Shown: one piece after another, positions 54,823-64,000 of the stretch
Layout of the letters: each line of letters begins with the position of its first letter
How positions within the stretch are numbered: position 1 is the stretch's first letter
Source of the DNA: Thermodesulfobacteriota bacterium
GTDB lineage: Bacteria; Desulfobacterota_D; UBA1144; Nemesobacterales; Nemesobacteraceae
DNA: 64,000 bases
Assembly: GCA_965204035.1 (NCBI GenBank)
Contig: OZ241964.1
Location: forward strand, 1,905,251 to 1,969,250
Direction: 5' to 3'
Position numbers and translations under genes: made by a program
The notes under the pieces: generated by a model
Database searches by the model: none
The model's input: only the letters and a program-made list of their open reading frames with translations
Told to the model about the DNA's origin: nothing

Positions 54823-56193
54823 TTATGTCGTTTGGATGAGAGGCAGTTCACTCTGTGTTGATATGCTGGACCGATATCTTGCCGGCTTGTCGAGTTTTTC
54901 CAGCTTGTTCTCGGATACGGCCTGCCTGAGCCAGGAGTTCAGCCGGGACCTGCTTACCGGAATCAACTCGCCGAGTTCTGCAGGCCTGCGCGCTTCATTG
55001 CCGCAAAACTCCCGGACCGCGTCAAGGAAGCTTTCATAGCTGGAGAAATCCTGGTTTATCCATTGGTATCTTACCGGCTTGCTGAGTTTTTCCAGCTTGT
55101 TCTCGGATACGGCCTGCCTGAGCCAGGAGTTCAGCCGGGACCTGCTTACCGGAATCAGTTCCCCTAGCTCCGCTGGTCTGCGTGCCACTTCGCCGCAAAA
55201 CTCCCGGACCGCGTCAAGAAACGTTTCATAGGAGTAGGAATCCGTCTCCGGTTCCCGCGTTTCGTCTCTCGCCAACAGACCCGCAAAGTCAAGTTCACTG
55301 ACCAACCTCGGAGCGCGTAACGCTCCCCGTTCTTCCAAGGCCGCGTTTCCCCCCGACTGGTCACCGTCTTCCCTCACCCAAAGCTTGACCCAGCGTCCGT
55401 TTAAGTTCTCCACAGCCCCACCCCAGGTTCCCCCTTTTCCCTTGACTGAATGAACCACGAACGCGGCATCTGACATGCAGTAGATGTACCTATTGCGCCG
55501 CATCGCGTTGCCTGCATTGAACCTCGCCTCGGGATTGTAAGGTGATACCAGAGCCAGCCTCCCGTCCATGATGTGACTGCGGTATTTTTCCTTCAGGCAA
55601 GTCCCCATCAGGTTGTCAGACAGTACTCCAACAGCTTTCCCGCCCTCAAGCAGGCTTCCGAACATCGCCGCTTCGTCCACTCCCGCAGCCCCGCCCGACA
55701 CCACGGAACAGTCCTCCCGCGCGGCCGCGCCTCCCAGAAGCGCGCTGTACGCCAATCCCTCCGCCTCGACCTTGCGGGAACCCACCACGGCCAGAGATCT
55801 GCCGCTCAGCAGGGACCTGTCTCCGCATCCGAAAAACGTCGCGGGCGAGTTCTGTTTCAGACGACCTTTAAGCCGGGAGGGGTAGTCAGGGTCGGAGCGT
55901 GTCATAACCCATATCCCGGCTCTCTCCCACTTCTCCAGAGACAGGGCAAGCGCCGCCCCCCTGGCCAGCAGCGATTCCACGCGCTTGGCTGTGACCGACC
56001 TGTCGTCAAACTCCCGCATCAGTTCCCCGACCGATCCTTTAATCAGGCACCCCGGAGTCAGGTTTTTCGATTTGAGCCACCTTGCGAAGCGTCCCCACTC
56101 GGCAACGGTCAGGGGCCTAACTTCCCTGTTTCCGCCGCGGGAGAACCAAGCGGTCATCAGAAGCACCGCTTCTGTTTCATTGGAACTGTTCAT
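54823..56193 (-). CDS. DprA/Smf-like (SLOG Rossmann) protein with a tandemly duplicated ~60-aa C-terminal segment
   Basis: SGGAAGVDEAAMFGSLLEGGKAVGVLSDNL...RNRYIYCMSDAAFVVHSVKGKGGTWGGA matches the DprA core (SGgA.GID.aAH.gaL..gg.TiaVlg.Gld..YP..N...RNRiI.gLs...vVVEA...SGsL.TA). C-terminal repeats YETFLDAVREFCGEVARRPAELGELIPVSRSRLNSWLRQAVSENKLEKL x2. Confidence 0.55.
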   Translation of the reverse strand: MNSSNETEAVLLMTAWFSRGGNREVRPLTVAEWGRFARWLKSKNLTPGCLIKGSVGELMREFDDRSVTAKRVESLLARGAALALSLEKWERAGIWVMTRSDPDYPSRLKGRLKQNSPATFFGCGDRSLLSGRSLAVVGSRKVEAEGLAYSALLGGAAAREDCSVVSGGAAGVDEAAMFGSLLEGGKAVGVLSDNLMGTCLKEKYRSHIMDGRLALVSPYNPEARFNAGNAMRRNRYIYCMSDAAFVVHSVKGKGGTWGGAVENLNGRWVKLWVREDGDQSGGNAALEERGALRAPRLVSELDFAGLLARDETREPETDSYSYETFLDAVREFCGEVARRPAELGELIPVSRSRLNSWLRQAVSENKLEKLSKPVRYQWINQDFSSYESFLDAVREFCGNEARRPAELGELIPVSRSRLNSWLRQAVSENKLEKLDKPARYRSSISTQSELPLIQTT

Positions 56194-56196
56194 CAG

Positions 56197-58275
56197 TCAA
56201 GCGGAACCGGCTGACGCAAGCGCCAAGGGGTAAACCGGACCGCTTCCCCCTTGTCTTAAAATCACCGCGATTACGGTCATCGTCCATCTCGAATCGGTAA
56301 TGTCGTCCACGAGCAGAACGGGAGTCTGCGGTATGCTGCCGTACACTTCGAAGACGCCGTCAAGATTTCTGCATTGATGCAAAGAATTCTGCTGCTCTTT
56401 TTGAGGCTCGTTTCTCCGTTTTTTTCTGACCGCATTCTTAATAAACCTTATTCCCAGCCTCCGTGCAAGTCTTTCGGCGAATTCCGGTACCAAGTCAGGA
56501 TGTTCATGCGACGGCACGCACGCTACCCATTCGGGCCGGGGTTCCGGCTTCCATCGTTTCTGTAGCATCCCGGCCACGGCTTCCACCAGTTCGTCCGCAA
56601 AAAAACCCTCCTTCTTTCCGGCAGTCACTGCCTCCGCCAAGCCGCCGTCGCCCCATCTGCAAAGGATGCGGCCCTCGGACGCGGCGAATTTCTTCAGCTT
56701 CCCGGAGTCGAGGCCGTATTGCGGAAAGGCGTTCGCCGGAACCTGCAATCTCGGCTTAAGTACCATCTCGCCCGTGCGCCCCAAGTAGTTTCTGGCTTCC
56801 GTTAGCATTTCCCGCGGAACACGCGGGTCAATGAGGGGCTTGCCCCGGCAGACGGCGCAGCGGCCACAGTCTTCTGTGTCCGGATCGTCGAGGGCGCTGC
56901 ACAGGCGGGACATGAGGCAGGTTCCACTGTCGATGTATCGTTGTATTTCCTCCCACTCAGCTTCCCGCTGGCGCGTCAGGCGCCCGATGAGTTCACGGTT
57001 CATTTCATATTTGACCGGCGTGCGCCTCCATTTGGGCCCATCCTTGATTACCGGCGCGGGATTTTCGACGCTGAGAAACTTGAGCGTCTTATCGATCTGG
57101 CCCCGGCGCAGATTAAGATTCGCCTCCATTTCAGGGATGCTCATGCCGTCGGCCGACCCTAGCAGCGAGAGAATCTCCCCTACATGCTCCTCATCGGGAA
57201 ATGCACTACGGCGAAAATACTCCATTATGTCGGCGTCTTCCTTACCGGCGATCAGAACGCCGTACGCTTGGGCAACGGCTCTTCCCGCCCGCCCTACCTG
57301 CTGGTAGTAGCTGATTATCGATCCCGGAGCCTGATAATGGATGACGAAGCTTATGTCCGGTTTGTCGTAACCCATTCCCAAGGCCGTCGTAGCAACCAGG
57401 GCCTTGATCCTGTTGTCCTGAAGCAGTTCTTCAAGGTGCGGGCGGTCCTCCGAATCGCTGTGGTAGGCGCGCGCGTTGATTCCCTGTTCTCTGAGCCACG
57501 CAGCCGTTCTCTCAGCGTCTCTTTTGGTAAGAACATAGATGATACCCGTTCCCGGCAGCTCCGGGATTCGTTGCGCGAGCCACGCCAGTCTTGACGCCAT
57601 GTCCGGCATGCGCAGGGTTTGGAGACTGAGGCTTTTCCGCCTTAACGGCCCCCGCTGAATCTCGAGGCGGCCCAACTGTTCCCTAGCGTCGTTGATGACC
57701 CTGTCGTTGGCCGTGGCGGTGGTGGCCAGAACGGGCATGTTCGAGGGCACGCGCCTCAGTATGTTTACTATGCGCTTGTAGTCCGGCCGGAAATCGTGTC
57801 CCCAGTCCGATATGCAGTGAGCCTCGTCCACGACCAGCATGCCTATGCGGTCCGCTATCCGAAGAAGCGTGTCTTCCACGAAAGACTGGTTTGCGAGACG
57901 CTCAGGAGATATAAGCAGGACATCGATTCCGTCCGAATCCATCGATCGCCTGATTTCCTGCCAGTCGGACCGATTCGTGGAGTTTATCGTCGCGGCGTTG
58001 AGTCCGAGCCGGTCTGCTTGGCGAAGCTGATTGCGCATGAGGGCCAGCAGCGGCGAAACGATCAGAGTCGGCCCCCCTCCACGGTCCCGCAGAATGCGCG
58101 TGGTTATGAAGTAGACGGAACTTTTGCCCCATCCGGTCCGCTTTACAAGCATTATCCTGCCGCTACGATTCGAGAGTGCGTCGATCGCTTCCCACTGACC
58201 GTTGCGGAAGCGGGCGGAACTGTCGTTTACGGCAGTTTTGAGAAGGGATTCGGCGTGAGCGAGATTCGTCGTCAT
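56197..58275 (-). CDS. RecQ-family helicase fused to a C-terminal PRTase-like (ComF-type) domain
   Basis: Walker A KRTGWGKSS; DEAH box LVVDEAHCISDWGHDFRPDY; Zn-binding CGRCAVC. C-terminal VLLVDDITDSRWTMTV resembles the PRTase PRPP-binding loop (hhhhDDhhTTGxT). 4-bp gap to the downstream DprA-like gene. Confidence 0.55.
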   Translation of the reverse strand: MTTNLAHAESLLKTAVNDSSARFRNGQWEAIDALSNRSGRIMLVKRTGWGKSSVYFITTRILRDRGGGPTLIVSPLLALMRNQLRQADRLGLNAATINSTNRSDWQEIRRSMDSDGIDVLLISPERLANQSFVEDTLLRIADRIGMLVVDEAHCISDWGHDFRPDYKRIVNILRRVPSNMPVLATTATANDRVINDAREQLGRLEIQRGPLRRKSLSLQTLRMPDMASRLAWLAQRIPELPGTGIIYVLTKRDAERTAAWLREQGINARAYHSDSEDRPHLEELLQDNRIKALVATTALGMGYDKPDISFVIHYQAPGSIISYYQQVGRAGRAVAQAYGVLIAGKEDADIMEYFRRSAFPDEEHVGEILSLLGSADGMSIPEMEANLNLRRGQIDKTLKFLSVENPAPVIKDGPKWRRTPVKYEMNRELIGRLTRQREAEWEEIQRYIDSGTCLMSRLCSALDDPDTEDCGRCAVCRGKPLIDPRVPREMLTEARNYLGRTGEMVLKPRLQVPANAFPQYGLDSGKLKKFAASEGRILCRWGDGGLAEAVTAGKKEGFFADELVEAVAGMLQKRWKPEPRPEWVACVPSHEHPDLVPEFAERLARRLGIRFIKNAVRKKRRNEPQKEQQNSLHQCRNLDGVFEVYGSIPQTPVLLVDDITDSRWTMTVIAVILRQGGSGPVYPLALASAGSA

Positions 58276-58797
58276 ATCATGCCCTGCGGCAGTTCGCCGA
58301 TGCTCCTCACCAGCGAATCGTATTGTTTCCGATCTTTTCTTCGGGTCGTCACAAGCACGAACTTTACCGTGTCGGCAAGCTCGAGAATATCAACCGGTTT
58401 TATTCTCCTGTCGAAAATTTCCTCAAGATGCGAAAGCTCGTTGCCTATATAAAAAGTTTGCGGTACAACCCATCCAAGGTTGAGGCTTCAGTTGCTAATC
58501 CCGGTACAGGAGTTTTTGAAATCCACCATACCTTTGCCTCATCATCCCAGTTTGCCTCAAAAACAAAAGTTTGCATGTTTAATTTCTCCCTTGTTTTCTG
58601 GACGTACCTTAGGCTTTTCGGAACAGATGCAGGTTATCCAATTTCACGCTAGATTCAAGGTCTTAGGACACCAGCGGCAAGGTGATGAACATTGCTAAAA
58701 TTTTTCCGGCAACAGGGCACAGGAAACCGTTAACCGCCCCTTAACGGACACTTTGCGCCGCTTTGACGAAGACCGGGAATAATCAGCGCCCGGGGGC

Positions 58798-59934
58798 ATG
58801 TTTAACAACGCCCGCAAAAAGGTTTACACTTACGTTACGCGCGAGGAGAAGAGATTGAAGATACTCTACGCCATACAGGGAACCGGAAACGGCCACATAA
58901 GCCGCTCAAAAGACGTGATAGCCGAGCTTCGCAAGTCGGTCGAGGTCGACATAATGGTAAGCGAGCGCCAGCACGAGATAGACCTCGGCTTCGAGGTCAA
59001 GTACAACCTGCGGGGACTCGGGTTTGTTTTCGGGAAAAACGGCGGAATAGATTACTACGCCTCCATAAAGAAGGCCCGCTTCGACAAGCTGCTCGGAGAC
59101 GTAAACGACCTTCCCGTGGCCGATTACGACATGGTGGTAAGCGACTTCGAGCCCATATCCTCCTGGGCGTGCCGCCTCAAGAAAAGGCCCTGCATTTCTC
59201 TCTCCCACCAGACATCGTTCGCCTCACCCAAGACTCCGAGGCCCGAGAAACCGAACAAGATAATGGAATTCATAATAAAGTGGTACGCTCCGGTGTGCAT
59301 ACCGCTCGGGCTTCATTTCCGCGAGTACGACAACTTCATAAAAACCCCCATAATAAGAAAGGAGCTTCGCCGCTACGAAGTGCGCCGAAACGGCCACTAC
59401 ACGGTCTACCTCCCGAGCTTCGACGAGCGGAAGCTGGTCGGGCACCTCGGGAAAATCGACGTGCGCTGGGAGCTTTTCTCAAAACACTACAAGGGAGAGC
59501 CCTACACCGAGGGAAACGTCACCGTGTACCCGGTAAGCTACGAGAAGTTCATAGAAAGCTTCACCGGAAGCGAGGGCATACTCACAAACGCCGGGTTCGA
59601 GACGCCGTCCGAGGCGCTTTTCCTGGGCAAGAAGCTGCTCGCGGTGCCGATGAAGGGGCAGTACGAGCAGGAGTGCAACGCGGTGGCGCTTGAGCAGATG
59701 GGATTCGAGGTGCTCCACAGGGTGGGCAGTGATTTCGAAAGCACGCTTGAGAGATGGGTATCCCTTCCCAGGGCGCAGCCCGAACCCTACAGGGACGTCG
59801 TTCCCGACATATCGGAAACCATAATCGCCCTTGCCGAGCGCTACGGGGGGGAAGAGGAATACGGACACCCGACCGGCTCCCCTATCGAGGACGCCGAGCG
59901 AAAGGGACTCCTTGAGCTTTTTCTCCGAGAATAA
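58798..59934 (+). CDS. GT-B fold glycosyltransferase (MurG/MGT-like; N-terminal ILYAIQGTGNGHISRS)
   Basis: Gly-rich N-terminal loop after the first strand, typical of GT28/GT1-like enzymes. About 380 aa. Confidence 0.45.
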   Translation: MFNNARKKVYTYVTREEKRLKILYAIQGTGNGHISRSKDVIAELRKSVEVDIMVSERQHEIDLGFEVKYNLRGLGFVFGKNGGIDYYASIKKARFDKLLGDVNDLPVADYDMVVSDFEPISSWACRLKKRPCISLSHQTSFASPKTPRPEKPNKIMEFIIKWYAPVCIPLGLHFREYDNFIKTPIIRKELRRYEVRRNGHYTVYLPSFDERKLVGHLGKIDVRWELFSKHYKGEPYTEGNVTVYPVSYEKFIESFTGSEGILTNAGFETPSEALFLGKKLLAVPMKGQYEQECNAVALEQMGFEVLHRVGSDFESTLERWVSLPRAQPEPYRDVVPDISETIIALAERYGGEEEYGHPTGSPIEDAERKGLLELFLRE

Positions 59935-59951
59935 AACCGCGGCGGGGGAAA

Positions 59952-60578
59952 TCAGGAAAGAAAGAACCAGAAGACCGCGGAACCGAGAACCAGTCCCACA
60001 AGTGTCTGGGCCGGGCTGTGGCACCCGAGCCTCACCCTCGACCACGCGACCAGCAGGGCAAGGGGCGGAACAACGAAAACCAGCGCCTCGTGGGGATGGG
60101 CAAACACCACCGCCCCGAGCGCTCCCATCGCGGCGCAGTGACCGCTTATCTTCCAGTAAAGCGAAACCAGTATCCACAGGCCCGTAAGCGCAAGGCACAG
60201 GTAGCCGAGCGTGACCAGGGCGCCCGGGCCGCCGACGAAGCCGTAGAGAACGAGCAGCAGTACCGAGTAGACGAAAACGACGCTGAGGGGCCTTATACGC
60301 TCCTCTCTCACGCTCATATGAAAATCCGTCACCTTGCCCTTGCCCATGAGATAGAATATGTAGGCCGTCGGGACGATCACGAAAAGGAGCATAAAAAGAG
60401 AAGTCCAGAGAAACTTGGCGGAGTGATCAAGCGAGTAGGAGCAGAGAATCACCGCGTAGAAAACCACAAGCGGGGGTGAGAAAACGGTGGAGACAAAGTT
60501 CGCCGCGCCCACGGCCCTGCCGCCCTCGGCTGGGCGCGGAAACGTGATCTTCTGGGCTACGTTGTCGTTGTTAATCAT
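59952..60578 (-). CDS. PAP2-superfamily membrane phosphatase-like protein
   Basis: Multiple TM helices. SGHCAAMGA and SRVRLGCHSP resemble PAP2 motifs 2 and 3; the terminal Asp of motif 3 is not evident. Confidence 0.4.
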   Translation of the reverse strand: MINNDNVAQKITFPRPAEGGRAVGAANFVSTVFSPPLVVFYAVILCSYSLDHSAKFLWTSLFMLLFVIVPTAYIFYLMGKGKVTDFHMSVREERIRPLSVVFVYSVLLLVLYGFVGGPGALVTLGYLCLALTGLWILVSLYWKISGHCAAMGALGAVVFAHPHEALVFVVPPLALLVAWSRVRLGCHSPAQTLVGLVLGSAVFWFFLS

Positions 60579-60750
60579 CTATCTCTCGACCCTGTATAGA
60601 ATAAAAACCGCATGGAGCGCAAAAAACAAGGGGGAAACCGAAGGTTTTGCGTTTTTTAATCACCCTTTTAAAAATCGTTAACACAGCCTTAAACTTGGGA
60701 GGCGGGAGTTTTTCTAAAACCCGCGAATAATCTGTATAATACCCGACGGG

Positions 60751-61572
60751 ATGACTGTGAAATGGAAAAAGAGCTTCCTTGGCGGCCATGCGGGAGCGGC
60801 ATTCGTTCTTTGCGTGCTCGGAACGCTCGTATCGGGATACCTGCTTGTGGCTGATTTCGTGCTCGGGGGCGCGGAGCTCTGCCTCACGGGCAAGGGCTGC
60901 GACGTGGTGAGGGAGAGCCGGTACTCGAGCATCGGAGGCATCCCGGTCTCGCTGCTCGGAGTTTTGGGATACGCGGCCATGGCCGCGGTTTCCGTCTCGC
61001 GCCTCGGGCGGCGGACAAGGTGGAACCTTCTTTTCTGGCTGTCGGCCGCAGCCGTCGGTTTTTCGGCCTACCTGACCTACCTTGAACTTTTCATAATAGA
61101 GGCGCTTTGCTCATGGTGCGTCGCCTCGGCCGCAATCGCGGTGGCGCTGTTTCTGCTCGCAGCCTCCCAGACAACCGGCAACGCCTTAAAGTCCTTCGGC
61201 GCAGCGGCGGCGCTGTTTGTCCTGGTGTTTGCCATATCTTACTCCATTCATTCCCCCGCCCCGCAGGAGAACCCGCCGTCGGCAGCCACCTTTTACCAGG
61301 CGAGCCTCGCGAAATACCTCTCGGAGCGCGGAGCGACCATGTACGGCTCGCACACCTGCGTTCACTGCGAGAACCAGAAGGAGCTTTTCGGGGGGGCCTT
61401 CGGCTACATAACCTACATAGAGTGCAGCCGAAGCGGTCCCGACCCCAACCCCGCACTCTGCGCGTCCAAGAAGATAAAAAGCTACCCCACCTGGGAAATC
61501 GGCGGAGAGTTCCACGAGGGGGTAAAGACCCTCGAGCAACTCGGGAGAATCTCGGGTTATTCGGGCAAGTGA
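60751..61572 (+). CDS. VKOR (vitamin-K epoxide reductase)-thioredoxin-like fusion protein
   Basis: Membrane domain with the CLTGKGCD and CSWC cysteine pairs. C-terminal periplasmic Trx-like domain with TCVHC. Confidence 0.55.
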   Translation: MTVKWKKSFLGGHAGAAFVLCVLGTLVSGYLLVADFVLGGAELCLTGKGCDVVRESRYSSIGGIPVSLLGVLGYAAMAAVSVSRLGRRTRWNLLFWLSAAAVGFSAYLTYLELFIIEALCSWCVASAAIAVALFLLAASQTTGNALKSFGAAAALFVLVFAISYSIHSPAPQENPPSAATFYQASLAKYLSERGATMYGSHTCVHCENQKELFGGAFGYITYIECSRSGPDPNPALCASKKIKSYPTWEIGGEFHEGVKTLEQLGRISGYSGK

Positions 61573-61872
61573 AGGCTCCCCTGCAAGGCCTTGCGATCAC
61601 TTGAGGCGTTTGCGATGTTGAATACGCCTTATGGGACAAGGGGTTTGGTGCGAGGCAAAAACTTTTTACCCCACAATCTCCATCAAAACCCTTAAAAACC
61701 GCCTGATTTCCACCAAAGACCAGGAATTCCACCCCAAGACTGAATCAGTTGCAGTGCGCTGAAGGGGGGGGGTCAGAGAAGCAAGTAACTTGCTGATATC
61801 ACTTGATTTAATGTCGCCATGGGTTAGAATACTTCTATCCAAGAATGTATCTCCTGAAGGAGGAGCAAACCC

Positions 61873-63339
61873 ATGGCGACACAAACTAACTTACCATTTT
61901 CCTGGGAACAAGTCGACAGTCTCTCCGACCTCAACCGTCTTTGTCTCGTACTTGACGCCCTGCCCGACGCAGACATTATCAACGCTCTTGAGCAGACGCG
62001 GGCTAACGGTCGCAACGAATACCCCGTGGCGGCGATGTGGAGAGCCTTGATAGCGGGGATAGTCTTCGGGCACCCCTCCATCGAGTCACTCATACGGGAG
62101 CTTCACCGCAACTCCTCGCTGCTTGAGCTTTGCGGATTCAGTTCCGTGCCCCTGCAAAGACGAGCCAGGTACAGAACTGTAACTGCCGCCGACGGTATCA
62201 GGGTTGTGGTTATAGACCCCCCTCCCCGCAGTCCCGCTCCCGGAAGTCACAACTTCTCCCGCTTCCTCTCAAACGTGGTCAGGATTGAGAAGCGCCATGG
62301 TCTTGTATCAAGGATGATCGACAACCTGCGGGGAGAGCTTATGGAACTGCTGCCCGACTTCGGAGAGAACCTAGGTTATGACGGCAAGGCGATAAAGAGC
62401 AACTCCACGGGACGCAAGAACTGCAAGGGAGGCGAGACGTCGGACCCCGAAGCCGATTGGGGAAAGCATGAATACTCCGGGGTTGACTCAAACGGCAAAA
62501 CGTGGAGGAAGATAAAGACATGGTTCGGCTACCGCCTGCATATGATTGCGGACACCAAGTACGAGCTACCGGTTGCCTTCAGTCTGACCAGGGCTTCTGT
62601 TTCCGAGGTGAAGGAGCTTGACCGCGTGACGGACGCATTGTTCGGCAAAGACCCCGGGCTTGCGAAGCGGTGCAGGCACCTGAGCGCGGACAAGGGGCTT
62701 GACAGCGGTTCTCTGAAGAAGAAGTTGTGGGACAGGTGGCGGACTCGTCCGATTATAGACAACAGGGATCTTTGGAGAGAAGAGAAGGAGGGTCAGAGCT
62801 ATGTCGAGGGACAGAAGATCATGAGACCTCTTGGCAGCGTGCACGACAACATCTTCTACACCGAGCGCGCTGAGGTCTGGTGTCGGTGTCCTGTAAGCGG
62901 GACGGAACGCAAGATGGCGTTCTGTGGTTTTGAATCCAACAGATGCGGTTTGAAGTTCCATTGTCCCGCGGCGGCGTACGGTCTCAGGTGCGAGGGGTGG
63001 AAGAAGTGTCACGATGACGCGGGCTGTGTGACCAGCGGTTACGGCAGGGTTGTGCGCGTCCCTCTTGAGCGTGACCGTCGTATTTTTACTCCCACCCCCC
63101 GCAGCAGCGTGTCGTGGCATCGCACTTACAGGCGCCGCAACGCCATAGAGCGCATCAACTCCAGGATAGACAACAGCTTCGGATTCGAAAGGCACTTCAT
63201 CAGGGGCAAGGCGAAGATGACGGCGCGGGCGGGTTTGGCGCTTGCGGTGATGATGGCGCTTGCGGTCGGTCACATAAAGGCAGGGAGGCCCGAGTGTATG
63301 AGGTCGCTTGTTTCGGGGTGCTGGGCCGATACCGGGTAG
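61873..63339 (+). CDS. IS5/IS1182-like DDE transposase
   Basis: HLSADKGLDSGSL (aDkGYds box) and C-terminal RNAIERINSRIDNSFGFERHFIRGKAKMTARAGLALAVMMALAV, typical of IS5-superfamily transposases. RBS gaaggaggagcaaacccATG. Confidence 0.55.
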   Translation: MATQTNLPFSWEQVDSLSDLNRLCLVLDALPDADIINALEQTRANGRNEYPVAAMWRALIAGIVFGHPSIESLIRELHRNSSLLELCGFSSVPLQRRARYRTVTAADGIRVVVIDPPPRSPAPGSHNFSRFLSNVVRIEKRHGLVSRMIDNLRGELMELLPDFGENLGYDGKAIKSNSTGRKNCKGGETSDPEADWGKHEYSGVDSNGKTWRKIKTWFGYRLHMIADTKYELPVAFSLTRASVSEVKELDRVTDALFGKDPGLAKRCRHLSADKGLDSGSLKKKLWDRWRTRPIIDNRDLWREEKEGQSYVEGQKIMRPLGSVHDNIFYTERAEVWCRCPVSGTERKMAFCGFESNRCGLKFHCPAAAYGLRCEGWKKCHDDAGCVTSGYGRVVRVPLERDRRIFTPTPRSSVSWHRTYRRRNAIERINSRIDNSFGFERHFIRGKAKMTARAGLALAVMMALAVGHIKAGRPECMRSLVSGCWADTG

Positions 63340-63659
63340 CGTTTCCCTTCTTGTTCACAAAAAATTTAAACAGAAGTTAAACCCGAAGAGATTGCTGCGT
63401 GCGCGGCTGGTCGGGATGGGTGATTCTTCGGGAAATCGGCATCGCGTTCCGTCTGAATCGGGCAATATGGCTTTGGGATTGCCGGAATACGAACCGCCGC
63501 CGCTCTCGTTCCGTAAATCTCAACCCCGAAAATCGTTACAGCGCAAATCCCTCCACTTGCTGTTTCTTTGACAAGGGGCTTTTATCAATTATCTTTATCT
63601 GAGCATCCACATTACATTCAGTCGCTACTGGGCGGCAGTGGGGTGAAGGGTGGAGAAAA

Positions 63660-64000
63660 AAAACGACGGATTATCGTTCATAGTATGCTGTAACAAGTTC
63701 GGCTGGACCAAGACCTGGGACATAAGCAGGCAACGGTTCCACCTCGTGCTGGGCACCTTGGGAATTTTCGTGCTGGGCGCGCTTTTCTCTTTTTTCCTGT
63801 CATACAAGTTCCACGGGGAAACTGAAGACCTGCGGGCGCAGAAGCAGGCCGAGATAGACGAACTGCTCGACGCCGTCGAGGGGATGTCGCACGATATAAT
63901 CGTGGACAAGAAGCTTGAGGAAAAATTCATAAAGAGGGTTCTTCGCCTTGAGAAAAAGCTTGTCTCAATGGAAAGGATACTCTCGACAAAGAAACAGAGA
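63660..64000 (+). CDS. 3'-partial gene: membrane-anchored coiled-coil protein (runs off the window)
   Basis: Open frame from a GTG at 63660 (aaggg RBS-like) to the window end. TM helix LVLGTLGIFVLGALFSFFL followed by charged heptad-like sequence. Not in the ORF track because no stop occurs within the window. Confidence 0.3.

Noticed and set aside
58441-58560. Possible tRNA in the intergenic region upstream of the GT-B glycosyltransferase
   Set aside because: No convincing acceptor stem, T-loop (GTTCRANYC) or anticodon-arm geometry could be built by eye on either strand.
63625-63930. 101-aa minus-strand ORF at the window end
   Set aside because: Ser-rich low-complexity translation. The plus-strand frame over the same DNA encodes a clean TM helix plus coiled coil, which I prefer.
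1-64000. CRISPR array / cas genes
   Set aside because: No regularly spaced 25-40-bp repeats with unique spacers were seen. The only regular arrays are the 11-bp iteron-like repeats (1670-1768), which are too short and have no spacers.

Overview
GC-mosaic window that looks like part of a conjugative element (plasmid or ICE) plus flanking DNA. No integrase or large relaxase is seen inside the window. In order:

- (i) 1-7.6 kb, high GC. A 5'-partial IS1380-like transposase, an iteron-like array of 11-bp direct repeats, a minimal S24 (LexA/UmuD-like) peptidase gene, and four large, tightly packed genes of unknown function. One of these carries a PKD-like domain and may be phage-tail-like.
- (ii) 7.7-19.3 kb, a lower-GC island carrying several candidate anti-phage genes. 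These include a frameshifted DUF1643 gene, a nucleoside-2-deoxyribosyltransferase-like (SLOG-fold) protein, and a 1338-aa STAND NTPase with an N-terminal XRE HTH and Mrr-like nuclease (Avs/AVAST-like). They also include a TIR-like-domain protein and an overlapping YaaA/DUF328-like + GIY-YIG nuclease pair. An outer-membrane beta-barrel protein and a polytopic membrane protein close the island.
- (iii) 19.4-46.8 kb, high GC. A near-complete F-type (MPF-F) type IV secretion / conjugation gene set in F-plasmid order: coupling protein, HD-domain protein, TraY-like, TraA-like, TraL, E, K, B, V, C, TrbI, S26 peptidase, TraW, then TraU, TrbC, N, F, H, G.
- (iii-b) An ~8 kb lower-GC cargo insertion between traW and traU interrupts (iii). 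It holds an overlapping ParB/Srx-like + unknown-partner gene pair, a three-gene operon, a pair of inverted paralogous small genes, and a secreted M8 (leishmanolysin-like) metalloprotease with Calx-beta repeats and a C-terminal sorting signal.
- (iv) 46.9-64 kb. An AAA ATPase (DUF4143 type), then a ~3 kb IS1595-family element bounded by ~28-bp inverted repeats. The element carries a ClpP-like protease and a lipoprotein and lies beside an intact vapB and a truncated vapC. Further on are housekeeping-like genes (GT2 glycosyltransferase, DapL-like aminotransferase, GT-B glycosyltransferase, PAP2, VKOR-thioredoxin). Among them sits a RecQ-like helicase-PRTase fusion + DprA-like pair, which may be a PsyrTA/ShosTA-like module. 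A further IS5/IS1182-like transposase and a 3'-partial gene end the window.

No rRNA, tRNA or CRISPR array was recognised by eye. All family assignments come from motif recognition on the provided translations, not from database searches.
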